Origin: Lysobacterales bacterium
GTDB lineage: Bacteria > Pseudomonadota > Gammaproteobacteria > Xanthomonadales > SZUA-5
NCBI GenBank assembly: GCA_046346965.1
Contig: JAXMHB010000003.1
Location: 228,778-292,777 of the forward strand
Direction: 5' to 3'
Length of the DNA: 64,000 nt
Position 1 is the first letter of the stretch. Every line of letters begins with the position of its first letter. The notes beneath the pieces were generated by a model that was not told the DNA's origin, did not search any database, and saw only the letters and a list, made by a program, of their open reading frames with translations. The position numbers were made by a program, and so were the translations under genes. Positions 29,777-41,131 of this stretch are shown in pieces.

Positions 29777-31282
29777 TCAGTCCACGCCGGGCCAGTCGGC
29801 GAAGTGCTGCGCATAGCGCCGCCAACGATCGATGCCGCGCTGATCGATCGGCTGCTTCACCTGCGCGGCGCTGGCGGTGCGCACCTCGCGGCGTGCCAGA
29901 TGCGGGCTGAAACAGGCGGGCTCTGGCGGCAAGCCCAGCGCGGCCAGCAGTGCGGCGATCTGCTGCTGCGGCGCCGCCACCAGCTGCTCGTAGCGCAGAC
30001 GCAGCACCTCGCCGGAAAACTTTGCCTCCCAATGCTGCATCACGCGCAGGTAGTCGGCACACCAGGCGCGCAGATCGGCCAAGTCATTGCTCCACGGTGC
30101 GCCGTGGGCGAAATACTGCAGATAGCAGCTGTACGCGGTGTCGCGCAGATCGCGGCGCACATCAATCACGCGGGCGCCGGGCAGCATCAGGCGCAAGGCG
30201 CCCAGATGCAGAAAATTGGACGGCGTCTTGTCGACCATCCACGGCCGCTCGCTGCGCCAACGGCGCGTGCGCGCCAGGTAGCGCTCCCCGAGCTCGGCGT
30301 AGTCCTCGGCCGATAGCGCGGCCAACCCCTCCGGCGCCAGATCCGCACTGGCCTGATGCAGCAGCGCCTGCAGATCCGGCAGCTCGCTGGCGCCGGCCAC
30401 CTGCGAGTGCGCCGCCAGCACCTGCTCGACCAGCGTCGACCCCGAGCGCGGCAAGCCGACCACGAAGACGCAGCCGGCGCCGCGCGTCGGATCGCCGCTG
30501 GCCACGCGCGGCGTCTGCCAGGTCTGCAGCAGCCGATCCACCCAGGCCGTGTGCCGGTTTCGATCCCAGGCGATTTGCGCTCGTCGCAGATCGTTGGCAT
30601 CCACCAGCGCCTGCCAGGCGCGCGCGTCATCGGCGCCCGCGAGATGGGCGTGGGCGCGGGCATAACCGATCAGCACGCGCTCCTCGCGCGGCAGCGTCGT
30701 GCGCGCCCACAGCGCGTCCAGTTGGGCGCGATCCTGCGCGTCAAAGTCGAGCGTCTTCAGATTGGCCAGACCCCACCACGCGGCGCCCGCCGTCGGTCGC
30801 AAGGCCAACGCGCGCCGTAACGCCGACACGGCCTCCGGAATCTCGCCCAGCGCCTTGTCCACCCGCGCCAGTTCGATCCAGGCGTCCACATGGGCCGGAT
30901 CTCGCCGCAGCGCCTCCTGCAGCGGTGCCCGCGCCGCCCCCAGGCGCGCGTCGCTAACGAGCATTTTGCCGAGATTGAAGCACGGCGCGGCCAGCGCGGG
31001 ATCCAGACCCGCCGCGCGCTCGAATGCCGCCGCCGCCTCCTCGATCCGCCCCAGCCGCCGCAACACCGAGCCCCGATTGGTCCATACGGCCGCCGAGTTC
31101 GGCGCCAGCGCCAGCGCGGCGTCGATGGCCGCGAGTGCCTCGCCCGCGCGACCCAGGTTCAGCCGCACCACCGCCAACAGGCGCCAGCGTTCCGATTCAT
31201 CGGCCAGCGCGCCGGGCACCAACAGGCGTTCGGCGTCGGCCCAGCGTCGTTGTGCCAGCGCGTGGGCGAGTGGGGTCTGCAT
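29777..31282 (-). CDS. TPR-repeat protein with a C-terminal sulfotransferase domain
   Basis: TPR repeats in the N-terminal half. Sulfotransferase 5'-PSB motif PRSGST and 3'-PB region in the C-terminal half. Confidence 0.8.
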   Translation of the reverse strand: MQTPLAHALAQRRWADAERLLVPGALADESERWRLLAVVRLNLGRAGEALAAIDAALALAPNSAAVWTNRGSVLRRLGRIEEAAAAFERAAGLDPALAAPCFNLGKMLVSDARLGAARAPLQEALRRDPAHVDAWIELARVDKALGEIPEAVSALRRALALRPTAGAAWWGLANLKTLDFDAQDRAQLDALWARTTLPREERVLIGYARAHAHLAGADDARAWQALVDANDLRRAQIAWDRNRHTAWVDRLLQTWQTPRVASGDPTRGAGCVFVVGLPRSGSTLVEQVLAAHSQVAGASELPDLQALLHQASADLAPEGLAALSAEDYAELGERYLARTRRWRSERPWMVDKTPSNFLHLGALRLMLPGARVIDVRRDLRDTAYSCYLQYFAHGAPWSNDLADLRAWCADYLRVMQHWEAKFSGEVLRLRYEQLVAAPQQQIAALLAALGLPPEPACFSPHLARREVRTASAAQVKQPIDQRGIDRWRRYAQHFADWPGVD

Positions 31283-31430
31283 GCCCGAGGACCTGCTTCG
31301 AATGAATGGTGCGTCACGCGACTCTAGCGAAGCGGCGCGGCGCGCGCAGGCCATGGCTCGCCCTGGCCCGCCCGCGTCACGCGGGCGGGCCCTGACGGCC
31401 GGCCGACTCCCCTGAGCCGGCCGGCAAGCC

Positions 31431-32570
31431 TTAGCCCTTGGCCGGCATCAAGGCCTTGAGCACGCCATCCAAGCCACCGTACACGGTCAACTGACCCACC
31501 TTGTCGGTGACCTTCTCCAGCGCCTCCAACTCCTTCAGGCGCATCAACACCGGGCTTTCTTCCAGGATCTTCGCGGTGTTCAACAGGCTGCGCGTGGCCG
31601 CGGTTTCCTCGCGGCGGCGGATCAGGTTGGCCTGGGCCTGCTTCTCCGCCTCGACCACCTGGTTCAGGATCGCCTTCATCTCGCCCGGCAGGATCAGGTC
31701 TTTGACGCCGACCGTGGTCAACTCGATACCGATCTCCGCCAAACGTGCGCGAGCGTACTCGGCAACGCCGGCATCGATGGTGGTCTTGTCGGCCAACAGC
31801 GCGTCCAGCGGGCGCGTACCGATCACCTGACGCAGGCCCAACTGCAGCTCGCGATAGGTGTAGGTGCGCGCATCGGCAACGCGGGTCTTGGACAGCACCG
31901 GATCGCTGATTCGGTACACCGCCACCAGGTTGACGCGCAGGCTGACTTTGTCGCGCGTCAGGATTTCCTGACCCGCCACTTCCATCTCGACCATGCGCGT
32001 GTCCACGACCTCGACGCGCACATTGCGACCCGTGCGCCACCAGCCATAGACACCCGGCTGCAGAGCCTGCACCCACTTGCCATCGACCCACAGCAAGCCG
32101 ACCTGCTCCGGACCGACTTCCTGGATCAAGGCGGCAGCGCTGATCTCGCGGGCGAGCTCCGCACTCGCCGGCGCGCGCAGCTCAGCCAAACGCGCCGTGC
32201 TGATCGCCAGCTCCTGCGCCAGATCCACGCGCTCCACCCGCACCGGCTCGGCCGCACGCCAGTAGAACTGCCGAGTACCCGGCGCCAGCACGCGCACCAG
32301 CTTGTCGCGCTGATAGAGCAGACCCAGTTCGCGCTTGCTCAGGTCGATCTCAAGGATCTCCGCCTCCAGCTCGGCGCGGTGCGTACGCATCAAGCCCTCG
32401 ATGCCCGGCACGTCCACCTGCGGACGATCGAAGTTGTCGACCTTCAGTTCCTGCCGACCGCTCCAGCCAAAGCTCCAGGTGCGGCCCGGTCCGATGACGC
32501 GCCGGAAGCGACCATCCACCCACTCGATCGCGCGCTGGTTGTCAGCAACGATCACACGCTTGATCCACAT
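31431..32570 (-). CDS. SPFH/band-7 domain protein
   Basis: The C-terminal half matches the SPFH fold, with a coiled-coil tail. Confidence 0.7.
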   Translation of the reverse strand: MWIKRVIVADNQRAIEWVDGRFRRVIGPGRTWSFGWSGRQELKVDNFDRPQVDVPGIEGLMRTHRAELEAEILEIDLSKRELGLLYQRDKLVRVLAPGTRQFYWRAAEPVRVERVDLAQELAISTARLAELRAPASAELAREISAAALIQEVGPEQVGLLWVDGKWVQALQPGVYGWWRTGRNVRVEVVDTRMVEMEVAGQEILTRDKVSLRVNLVAVYRISDPVLSKTRVADARTYTYRELQLGLRQVIGTRPLDALLADKTTIDAGVAEYARARLAEIGIELTTVGVKDLILPGEMKAILNQVVEAEKQAQANLIRRREETAATRSLLNTAKILEESPVLMRLKELEALEKVTDKVGQLTVYGGLDGVLKALMPAKG

Positions 32571-32913
32571 GACACGAATTCCTTTTCTTGATGAGGTAAC
32601 ACTCTCCCAGTGCGCTCCACGCAGGGTCAGCGGGTGCCAGTCGGCGGATCTGAGGCACTTGCCAGCGGCGCAGGAGTCCGGGGGCGTCGATGCACGACGG
32701 GAGAGGACTCAGGCGGCGCTGGCAGGCCGCAAATCGTCTGAGCGGACACGCAGGCCAACCCTGCGTTGTGAGCCTGCTTCCACGGCCTGACACCCCTGCC
32801 CGGCGATGTCACCCGTATCCACAGGGCTCACTGGAGCCCAAGGGCATGGCCGCCTCGCGGCGACCACACTGCCGAGCTTGCCCCCTCGGCGGGGTGTTGC
32901 AGATGGCCTTGCG

Positions 32914-32986
32914 GCCTAACGGCGGGAGTCGAACCCGCTACCCAGTCATTCTCAGTGACTTGCTCTACCGGATGAGCTACGTTGGT
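32914..32986 (-). tRNA. tRNA-like sequence A, possible pseudo-tRNA. Class-I cloverleaf with anticodon loop CTGAGAA (anticodon GAG) and two mismatches in the acceptor stem
   Basis: D-arm GCTC-ATCCGGTA-GAGC and T-arm GCGGG-TTCGACT-CCCGC were read manually. Bacterial tRNA-Leu(GAG) should be class II, so this looks non-canonical. No CCA is encoded. Confidence 0.4.
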
Positions 32987-32995
32987 CTTGCGACC

Positions 32996-33066
32996 GGTGG
33001 ATCGCCATGGAGTCGAACCATGTCCTCCCGCGTCCGGCGGGCGCTCTACCGCTGAGCTAGCGAACC
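32996..33066 (-). tRNA. tRNA-like sequence B, probable pseudo-tRNA. Good D-arm, T-arm and acceptor stem, but the anticodon arm is only 15 nt, with a 5-nt loop or a non-canonical 7-nt loop (C33)
   Basis: GGTTCGC-TA-GCTCAGCGGTAGAGC...CATGGTTCGACTCCATG-GCGATCC-ACC was read manually. One T-T mismatch in the acceptor stem. Confidence 0.35.
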
Positions 33067-33330
33067 CTGCACTACTCGCCCGTGATCGCCGCGGCACCTG
33101 AGCCGATCAGAGATCGGTCAGACCAGTCGGGCATCGTTTCCGATCAACCCGAACCGTTGCAGCGATTCGTAGCCAGCAGTTTCTTCGGCTGTTTGTTGCA
33201 ATCGCGGAGGCGACTGCAGCAAACACCCATATCGATTTTCTGGCGCAATCGTCCCTTCCTGCATCGACAGGCCAGAAAATAATCAAGTCAATATCGCAGC
33301 GCCGCGCTTGCAGCGCAGAGAAGTCCAAAG

Positions 33331-33362
33331 AAAAAGCCCCCGGCGTTTCCACCGAGGGCTTC
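33331..33362 (-). terminator. Rho-independent terminator. The minus strand reads GCCCTCGG-loop-CCGGGGGC followed by TTTTTCTTT
   Basis: Stem-loop plus T-tract read directly. Lies within the low-GC intergenic region downstream of kduD. Confidence 0.55.
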
Positions 33363-33645
33363 GTCAGAAGCGACTCGGAGGCTGCCTGCGCAGCCCCCGA
33401 TACATGCTGGAGGCTAGACGCTGAGGCGCAGGATCGACGCGGAACGCGGGCAATTCGCGCTCAGATCGATGAAGGTCAGATGCAGTTGGTTCATCATGAC
33501 GGCAGCCTCTAGGAAGGTCAGGCAAGCCCGACCGGATGGCTGCGCATTATGGACTGGGAAATAATGCTGTCAAGCCCGGCGACACGATTATCTTGCTACC
33601 GTTCGTCGGGAAGTCCCAAGCCCGATAATCGGTAGATAATCAGGC

Positions 33646-34401
33646 TCAACGCGCCAGCCAGCCACCATCGACCGGCAACACGGCGCCATGCACATAGTCG
33701 GCCGCGCGTGCCGCCAGGAATACCGCGGCGCCGCCCAGGTCGCCGGGCTCGCCCCAGCGCCCGGCCGGTATGCGCGCCAGGATGTCGCGATTGCGCTGCT
33801 CGTCCTTGCGCAGCGCGTCGGTGTTGTTGGTCGCGAAGTAGCCGGGCGCGATGGCGTTGACGTTGATCCCGTGGCGCGCCCATTCGTTCGCCAGCAGGCG
33901 CGTCAGGCCGAGCAGACCCGACTTGCTGGCGGTGTAGGACGCCACGCGGATGCCGCCCTGGAAGGACAGCATCGAGGCGATGTTGATGATCTTGCCGCCG
34001 CGCTGCGCGCCCACCCAGTGGCGCGCCACCTGCTGCGACAGGAAGAAGGCCGACTTCAGATTGACGTCGACCACGTCGTCCCATTCGGCCTCGGTGAACT
34101 CGAGCGCGTCGTTGCGACGGATGGTGCCGGCGTTGTTCACCAGGATGTCCAGACGGCCGAACGCCGCCAGCACCCGCGCAACGATGTCGCCCGCCGGCGG
34201 ACTGGCCCCGAACTCGGCCTCGATCCACTCGGCACGGGCGCCAGTGGCGCGGATCGCGGCCAGCGCCTCGGTCGGCGCGCTGCGCGAGAGTACTGCCACA
34301 TCGGCGCCGGCCCCGGCCAGCGCCAGCGCGATGCCGAGGCCAATGCCGGTGTTCGCGCCGGTCACCAGCGCCACCTGTCCAGAAAGGTCGAAGGCGTTCA
34401 T
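33646..34401 (-). CDS. kduD: 2-dehydro-3-deoxy-D-gluconate 5-dehydrogenase
   Basis: Near full-length alignment to E. coli KduD ([27 protein letters not shown]...AVDGGWLAR). The ATG overlaps the kduI stop (ATGA). Confidence 0.9.
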   Translation of the reverse strand: MNAFDLSGQVALVTGANTGIGLGIALALAGAGADVAVLSRSAPTEALAAIRATGARAEWIEAEFGASPPAGDIVARVLAAFGRLDILVNNAGTIRRNDALEFTEAEWDDVVDVNLKSAFFLSQQVARHWVGAQRGGKIINIASMLSFQGGIRVASYTASKSGLLGLTRLLANEWARHGINVNAIAPGYFATNNTDALRKDEQRNRDILARIPAGRWGEPGDLGGAAVFLAARAADYVHGAVLPVDGGWLAR

Positions 34402-35246
34402 TTGAGTTGGCAGATATCGAGTTGCTGCATGTCGGTGTAGTCCAGGTTCTCGCCGCCCATAGCCCAGATGAAGCCGTAGTGGCGCGTCCCCGAGCCCATG
34501 TGAATCGACCACGGTGGCGACACCACGGCTTCCTCGTTGGCCAGCACCAGATGGCGCGTGTCAGCCGGCTCGCCCATGAAGTGCATCACGCGATCGTTGT
34601 CGCCGAGGCCGAAGTAGAAGTAGACCTCGGAACGACGGTCGTGCAGGTGCGGTGGCATGGTGTTCCACACGCTGCCGGGTCGCAGCAGCGTCATGCCCAG
34701 CAGCAGCTGGCAGGAGGTGCAGGTGGACGGCACGATGTACTGATAGATGGTGCGCTGATTCGAGGTCTCGAGCGCGCCGCGTTCTAGCGGCACTGCATTG
34801 GCGATCGACAGATGCTTGAGCGCATGGCGCGCATGCGCCGGCGTCGACACCAGATAGAAACGCGCCGGCTCGGCGGGATCGAGGCTGGCGAACTGCACCT
34901 CGGCACTGCCCATCGGTACGTACAAGCCGTCGCGCGGCGCCAGCGTCAGCGACTGCCCGTCCACGCTCACCCGACCGGCCCCGGCGCCGACATTGACCAC
35001 GCCAAGCTCGCGGCGCGCCAGGAAGGGCTGGCCTTCCGCCGACTTGGGCTCGTGCTGGACCGGGAGCGCGACGACCTGATGCACCGGCGCCGCCCCGCCG
35101 ATCACCATGCGCTCGTAGTGCGTGTAGTGCAGGCGCACCGTCTCGGGCACGAACAGCTCGCCGATGCGATAGCGCTCGCGCAGTTGATCGTTGCTGGCGC
35201 CGGCCATCATCTCCGGATGGGTGGCGTGGTAGGTCTTGACGTACAT
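34398..35246 (-). CDS. kduI: 5-dehydro-4-deoxy-D-glucuronate isomerase
   Basis: Strong alignment to E. coli KduI (ERRELGVINIGG, NRRTI, LWNTMP, EVYFYF, HMMGQP). Start MYVKTYH. Confidence 0.9.
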   Translation of the reverse strand: MYVKTYHATHPEMMAGASNDQLRERYRIGELFVPETVRLHYTHYERMVIGGAAPVHQVVALPVQHEPKSAEGQPFLARRELGVVNVGAGAGRVSVDGQSLTLAPRDGLYVPMGSAEVQFASLDPAEPARFYLVSTPAHARHALKHLSIANAVPLERGALETSNQRTIYQYIVPSTCTSCQLLLGMTLLRPGSVWNTMPPHLHDRRSEVYFYFGLGDNDRVMHFMGEPADTRHLVLANEEAVVSPPWSIHMGSGTRHYGFIWAMGGENLDYTDMQQLDICQLK

Positions 35247-35350
35247 GGTTGGCTCCTGCGGTTCCGCTGAAGCCCAAGCATAGCCGGGCGACAGGGTTTT
35301 GGTAACCGGTGTCAATCAGGACAGAAGCACCACACACGCCGCGCGCCGGC

Positions 35351-36910
35351 TCAGAGCGCGCGGTCGATCAACTCGGTCGGCAGACTGGCGCCCGGCGCCC
35401 GCTGCACGCGCAGGCGCAGGCGGATGCCGATCAGGTCGAGAAAGTCCTTTTCCTGGCGCAGATCGGCCCAGGTCAGCGGATGCTGGGTCAACCAGCCGCG
35501 CGGGAACACCACGCGCAGCTCGCGACCCTGGACTTCCAGCTCCAGCGCCGGCAAATCCTCGGCGGAGCGCGAGCGGTGCAGCACCACGGCCAGCCGGAAC
35601 AGCGCCAGCGTGCGCTTCAAGCCCTCGACATCGCGCGGCGACACGTCCTCGAAGGTGTGCTCGGGAATGCTGCGCCGGTGCCCGCGCACCAGCGCCGCCA
35701 CCGCCTCCTGCTCCTGACGCGAGAAGCCCGGCAGGTCGCTGTTCTCGATGATGTAGGCGCCGTGCTTGTGATGCTGCGTGTGCGAGATCGCCAGACCGAT
35801 CTCATGCACCAGCGTGGCATAGGTCAGCGTGTCGCGCGCCTCCTCGCCCAGACGCCAGGGCGCCGCCACCGCATCGAAGAGCTTGAGCGCAGTGGCCTGC
35901 ACGCGCAGCGCTTGCGTTTGGTCGACGGTGTAGCGCTTGGCCAGCGTCAGGATGCTGCGCTCGCGCGGATCCTGATGCTGGAATCGCCCCAGCGTGTCGT
36001 ACAGCAGGCCCTCGCGCATGGCGTAGTCGCTGACTCGCAGCGTCTGCAGTTCCAGCAGTTCGAAACAGGTCCACAGCGCTGCCAGTCCGCCCAGGAACAC
36101 CGGACGGCGGTCCTCGCTCAAGCCGGGCAGGCGCGCGCGCTGGATCATGCCGACTTCGATCAGGCGCTCGATCAGATCGAGCAAGCCTTCGCGCGTCACT
36201 TCGCGCTCGCGTCCGCCGAAAGCGGTCAGGATCGAGGCGATCGACTTGATCGTGCCGGAACTGCCGATCACGCGCTTCCAGCCGCGCGCCTTGTAGGCAG
36301 CCAGGATCGGCGCGAACTCGATCGGCAGCCGCAGCAGCGCGTCCTGCCAGCGCTTGCGGGTGATGCGACCGTCGGCGAAAAAGCGCTGCGTGGTGGCGAC
36401 GCAGCCCATCTGCAGGCTCTCGGTTTCCAGCGTCTCGAAGCCCTGGCCAATGATCAGCTCGGTACTGCCGCCGCCGACATCGATGACCAGCTGGCGTTGG
36501 CGCGGATCGTTCAAGCCGTGGGCGACGCCCAGATAGATCAGGCGCGCCTCCTCACGGCCCGAAACCACCTCGATCGGTGCGCCGAGGGCCGTTTCTGCCG
36601 TCATCAGGAAGGCGCGCGGCGCCCGCAGCTGGCGCACGCTGTTGGTGGCGACCGCGCGGATGCGGTTGCGCTGGATGCCGCGCAGGCGCTGCCCGAAGCG
36701 CGCCAGCGTGGCGATCGCGCGATCACGGACCTCGGGCGCCAACTGGCCATCGGCGGTCAGGCCGGCGGCCATGCGCACCGGGTCGCGCAGGCGATCGATC
36801 ACCTGCAAGCCGCCCTCGGTGAAACGCGCGACAATCATGTGGAAGCTGTTGGAGCCGATGTCGACGGCGGCCAGCGGCTCGTGATCGATCCACTCGGATT
36901 TATCACCCAT
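35351..36910 (-). CDS. ppx: Exopolyphosphatase / guanosine pentaphosphate phosphohydrolase (Ppx/GppA)
   Basis: Ppx-GppA N-terminal motifs (AAVDIGSNSFHMIV, DVGGGSTE) plus the HD-like C-terminal domain. Confidence 0.9.
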   Translation of the reverse strand: MGDKSEWIDHEPLAAVDIGSNSFHMIVARFTEGGLQVIDRLRDPVRMAAGLTADGQLAPEVRDRAIATLARFGQRLRGIQRNRIRAVATNSVRQLRAPRAFLMTAETALGAPIEVVSGREEARLIYLGVAHGLNDPRQRQLVIDVGGGSTELIIGQGFETLETESLQMGCVATTQRFFADGRITRKRWQDALLRLPIEFAPILAAYKARGWKRVIGSSGTIKSIASILTAFGGREREVTREGLLDLIERLIEVGMIQRARLPGLSEDRRPVFLGGLAALWTCFELLELQTLRVSDYAMREGLLYDTLGRFQHQDPRERSILTLAKRYTVDQTQALRVQATALKLFDAVAAPWRLGEEARDTLTYATLVHEIGLAISHTQHHKHGAYIIENSDLPGFSRQEQEAVAALVRGHRRSIPEHTFEDVSPRDVEGLKRTLALFRLAVVLHRSRSAEDLPALELEVQGRELRVVFPRGWLTQHPLTWADLRQEKDFLDLIGIRLRLRVQRAPGASLPTELIDRAL

Positions 36911-36911
36911 G

Positions 36912-38987
36912 TCAGCCTCCGCAGATCCGCGCCAGCAGCGAGGCCTGCGCTGAGTGCGGCATGTCCTCGCCGGTCAGCACACGCGTGTAGCGGCCTTCGG
37001 CATCCAGCTGCCAGGCCTGGGTGTTGTCCGCCATGTAGTTCTCCAGCGTTTCGTTGAAGACGCGCTGGCGCAGCTCCGGATCGAGGATCGGGAAGCAGGT
37101 CTCGACGCGATGCAGCAGATTGCGTTCCATCCAGTCGGCGCTCGACGCGTACAGCTCCTCGTCGCCGTTGTTGCGGAAGTAGTACACCCGGCTGTGTTCC
37201 AGCAGACGCCCGACGATCGAATAGACGCGGATGTGCTCGCTGACCTCCGGCACCCCGGGGCGCAGCACGCAGATGCCGCGGATGAACAACACGATCTCGA
37301 CGCCGGCCTGCGAAGCCCGATACAGCGCCTCGATCACCTGCGGCTCGCTGAGGGCATTCATGCGCGCAAGGATTTTGCCGGCACGCCCCTTGCGCGCGTG
37401 GTCGGCTTCGCGGTCGATCTTGTGAATCAGCTCCGGCAGCAGCGTGAAGGGCGAATGCAGCAGCCGCTTGAGCTTCATCGCCTGACTCAGGCCAGACAGC
37501 TGCTGGAACAGCTTGTGCACATCCTCGCCGATGTCGCGATCGCAGGTAATCAGGCCAATATCGGTGTAGATCGCCGAGGTTCCCTGATGGTAGTTGCCCG
37601 TCCCCAGGTGCACATAGCGCTTCGGCTTGCCGTCCTCGCGGCGCACGATCAGCAGCATCTTCGCGTGCGTCTTGTAGCCGACCACGCCATAGACCACCTG
37701 CACGCCGGCTTCCTGCAAACGATTGGCCAGATCGATGTTGGCTTCCTCGTCGAAGCGCGCGCGCAATTCGACCACCACCGTCACGTCCTTGCCGGCGCGG
37801 GCGGCCTCGATCAGGTAATCCACCAGCACCGAGCGGCGGCCGGTGCGGTACAGCGTCTGTTTGATCGCCAGCACATCGGGATCGTGCGCCGCCGTCTTCA
37901 ACAGGTCGACGACGGTGGAGAAGCTGTCGTAGGGATGGTGCAGCAGCACATCGCGCTCGCGCACCAGATCGAACACATTGCCAGCGGTCTTGGACTGCTG
38001 CACGCGCGGCGTGAACGGCCGGTATTTGAGATCCGGCCGATCCACCATGTCGTACACCGCGGCCACCCGGTTCAGATTCACCGGGCCGTTGACGCGGTAC
38101 ATATCGTCCTCGGTGAGTTCGAAGTGCTCCAGCAGGAAGTGACCGAGCGCGCGCGGGCAGGTGTCGGTGATCTCCAGACGCACGGCGCGGGCAAAGCCGC
38201 GGTCGAGCAACTCGTCTTTCAGTGCATGGGCCAGGTTGTCGACGTCGAACTCGTCCACCCACAACTCGCTGTTGCGGGTGACCCGGAAGGGATAGACGCC
38301 CTTGACCTTCATGCCCGGGAACAGGTCGTCGACGAAATCCTGCAGGATCGCCGACAGCAGCACGACATCGTTGTCGCTGGACGCCACTTCCTTGGGCAGG
38401 CGCACCAGACGCGGCAGCGAGCGCGGCGCCCGCACCAGCGCGAGATCGGCCTCGCGACCGAAGGCGTCCTTGCCCTTCAGCACGACCGCCATGTTCAGAC
38501 TTTTGTTCAGGATGCGCGGGAAGGGGTGCGCCGGGTCCAGCCCCAGCGGACTCAGCACCGGCATCAACTCTTCGTGGAAGTAGTGGTGCAGCCAGCGCCG
38601 CTGGCGAGCATTCCATTCATCGCGACTGAGGAAGCGGATACCGGCCGCATTCAGTGCCGGCTTGAGCTCCTGATTCCAGGTCTGATACTGCTCGCGCATC
38701 AGATCCAGCACTTCCTCGCGGATCGCGGCCAGCACATCGGTGGGACTGCGGCCGTCCGGCCACGGCTTGCTGCCCAGGAAGTTCAGCTGATGGCGGATGG
38801 TGGCGACGCGAACCTCGAAGAACTCATCCAGATTGGTGCACGAGATGCACAGGAAGCGCAGCCTTTCCAGCAGCGGCACCCGCGCGTCCTGCGCCTGCGC
38901 AAGCACGCGGCGATGGAAGGCCAGCAAGCTGGTTTCACGGTTCAGAAACAGGCGCGTATCGCGAAGAGTCACGGCAGCAACGGTCAT
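36912..38987 (-). CDS. ppk: Polyphosphate kinase 1
   Basis: Full-length PPK1 homology (LSFNxRVLQEA-like N-terminus, catalytic His regions). A ppk-ppx operon. Confidence 0.95.
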   Translation of the reverse strand: MTVAAVTLRDTRLFLNRETSLLAFHRRVLAQAQDARVPLLERLRFLCISCTNLDEFFEVRVATIRHQLNFLGSKPWPDGRSPTDVLAAIREEVLDLMREQYQTWNQELKPALNAAGIRFLSRDEWNARQRRWLHHYFHEELMPVLSPLGLDPAHPFPRILNKSLNMAVVLKGKDAFGREADLALVRAPRSLPRLVRLPKEVASSDNDVVLLSAILQDFVDDLFPGMKVKGVYPFRVTRNSELWVDEFDVDNLAHALKDELLDRGFARAVRLEITDTCPRALGHFLLEHFELTEDDMYRVNGPVNLNRVAAVYDMVDRPDLKYRPFTPRVQQSKTAGNVFDLVRERDVLLHHPYDSFSTVVDLLKTAAHDPDVLAIKQTLYRTGRRSVLVDYLIEAARAGKDVTVVVELRARFDEEANIDLANRLQEAGVQVVYGVVGYKTHAKMLLIVRREDGKPKRYVHLGTGNYHQGTSAIYTDIGLITCDRDIGEDVHKLFQQLSGLSQAMKLKRLLHSPFTLLPELIHKIDREADHARKGRAGKILARMNALSEPQVIEALYRASQAGVEIVLFIRGICVLRPGVPEVSEHIRVYSIVGRLLEHSRVYYFRNNGDEELYASSADWMERNLLHRVETCFPILDPELRQRVFNETLENYMADNTQAWQLDAEGRYTRVLTGEDMPHSAQASLLARICGG

Positions 38988-39037
38988 CGGGAAAGGCTCA
39001 CAAGCTATCAGAAGCGCCGCAGCTGGCGGCGCCGATC

Positions 39038-40330
<1,293 letters not shown>

Positions 40331-40354
40331 CGCGCGATCATCCCACCGCAGTCA

Positions 40355-41044
40355 TCAGGTTGTCGTCGAGAAGCGGTAGCCGGCGCCACGTACGGTCTGC
40401 ACGTAATCTTCGAGCTTGAACGGCTCCAGGCTCTTGCGCAGGCGGCGGATATGCACGTCCACCGTGCGCTCTTCGACGTACACACCGCTGCCCCAGACGT
40501 TGTCGAGCAACTGGCCGCGCGTGTACACGCGTTCCGGATGGGTCATGAAGAAGGCCAGCAAGCGGTACTCGGTGGGACCGAGCGGCACCGGCTTGTCTTG
40601 CGCGAACACGCGATGGCTGAGTGTATCCAAGGTCAGACCGCCGAGACTGACGGTTTGGCCCTCGCCGTGCGGCTGGGTGCGGCGCAGCACGGCGCGGATG
40701 CGTGCGATCAGCTCGCGCGTGGAGAAGGGTTTGACGATGTAGTCGTCAACGCCGGCATCCAGGCCGATGACCCGATCATCTTCCTCGCCGCGCGCGGTGA
40801 GCATGATGATCGGAATCTCCTTGGTCAGCTCGTCACGCTTGAGCCGGCGCGCGAACTCCAATCCGCTGGCGCCCGGCAACATCCAGTCGAGCAGGATCAG
40901 GTCCGGCAGTCGCTCGGCGATCAGATGGTGCGCGCCGCGGCTGTCTTCGGCCAGCATCGGCACCAGACTGGCGCGCTTGAGCGCAAAAGCAATCATGTCT
41001 CGAATGGCGGTTTCGTCTTCCACCACCAGCACGCGCTGTTCCAC
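40355..41044 (-). CDS. phoB: Phosphate regulon response regulator PhoB
   Basis: OmpR/PhoB-family REC plus winged helix. VLVVEDE N-terminus. Confidence 0.9.
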   Translation of the reverse strand: MEQRVLVVEDETAIRDMIAFALKRASLVPMLAEDSRGAHHLIAERLPDLILLDWMLPGASGLEFARRLKRDELTKEIPIIMLTARGEEDDRVIGLDAGVDDYIVKPFSTRELIARIRAVLRRTQPHGEGQTVSLGGLTLDTLSHRVFAQDKPVPLGPTEYRLLAFFMTHPERVYTRGQLLDNVWGSGVYVEERTVDVHIRRLRKSLEPFKLEDYVQTVRGAGYRFSTTT

Positions 41045-41090
41045 GGGGACTCCTGCGGCTATGGCCGTTCAGCGACCCGGTGATTCAAAG

Positions 41091-41124
41091 ACGAAAATAT
41101 GACCGCCGTGTGACGATGTCACGG
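41091..41124 (-). promoter_or_regulatory. Candidate Pho box upstream of phoB. The minus strand reads GTGACAT-cg-TCACA-cggcg-GTCATAT, a direct-repeat TGTCA-like half-site pattern
   Basis: Resembles direct repeats of CTGTCAT separated by 4 nt, about 45-80 nt upstream of the phoB ATG. Weak match. Confidence 0.3.
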
Positions 41125-41131
41125 ATTTCGC

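Noticed and set aside
32914-33066. Calling the two tRNA-like sequences as functional tRNA-Leu and tRNA-Arg/Pro genes
   Set aside because: Manual folding shows a class-I scaffold with a Leu (GAG) anticodon in sequence A and a truncated or non-canonical anticodon arm in sequence B. Both have acceptor-stem mismatches. Kept as low-confidence tRNA-like or pseudo-tRNA calls pending tRNAscan-SE.
33082-33352. Small ORFs (66 aa on the plus strand, 81 aa on the minus strand) in the low-GC island
   Set aside because: No RBS, no homology and atypical composition. The region is more likely non-coding (possible sRNA or integration scar).
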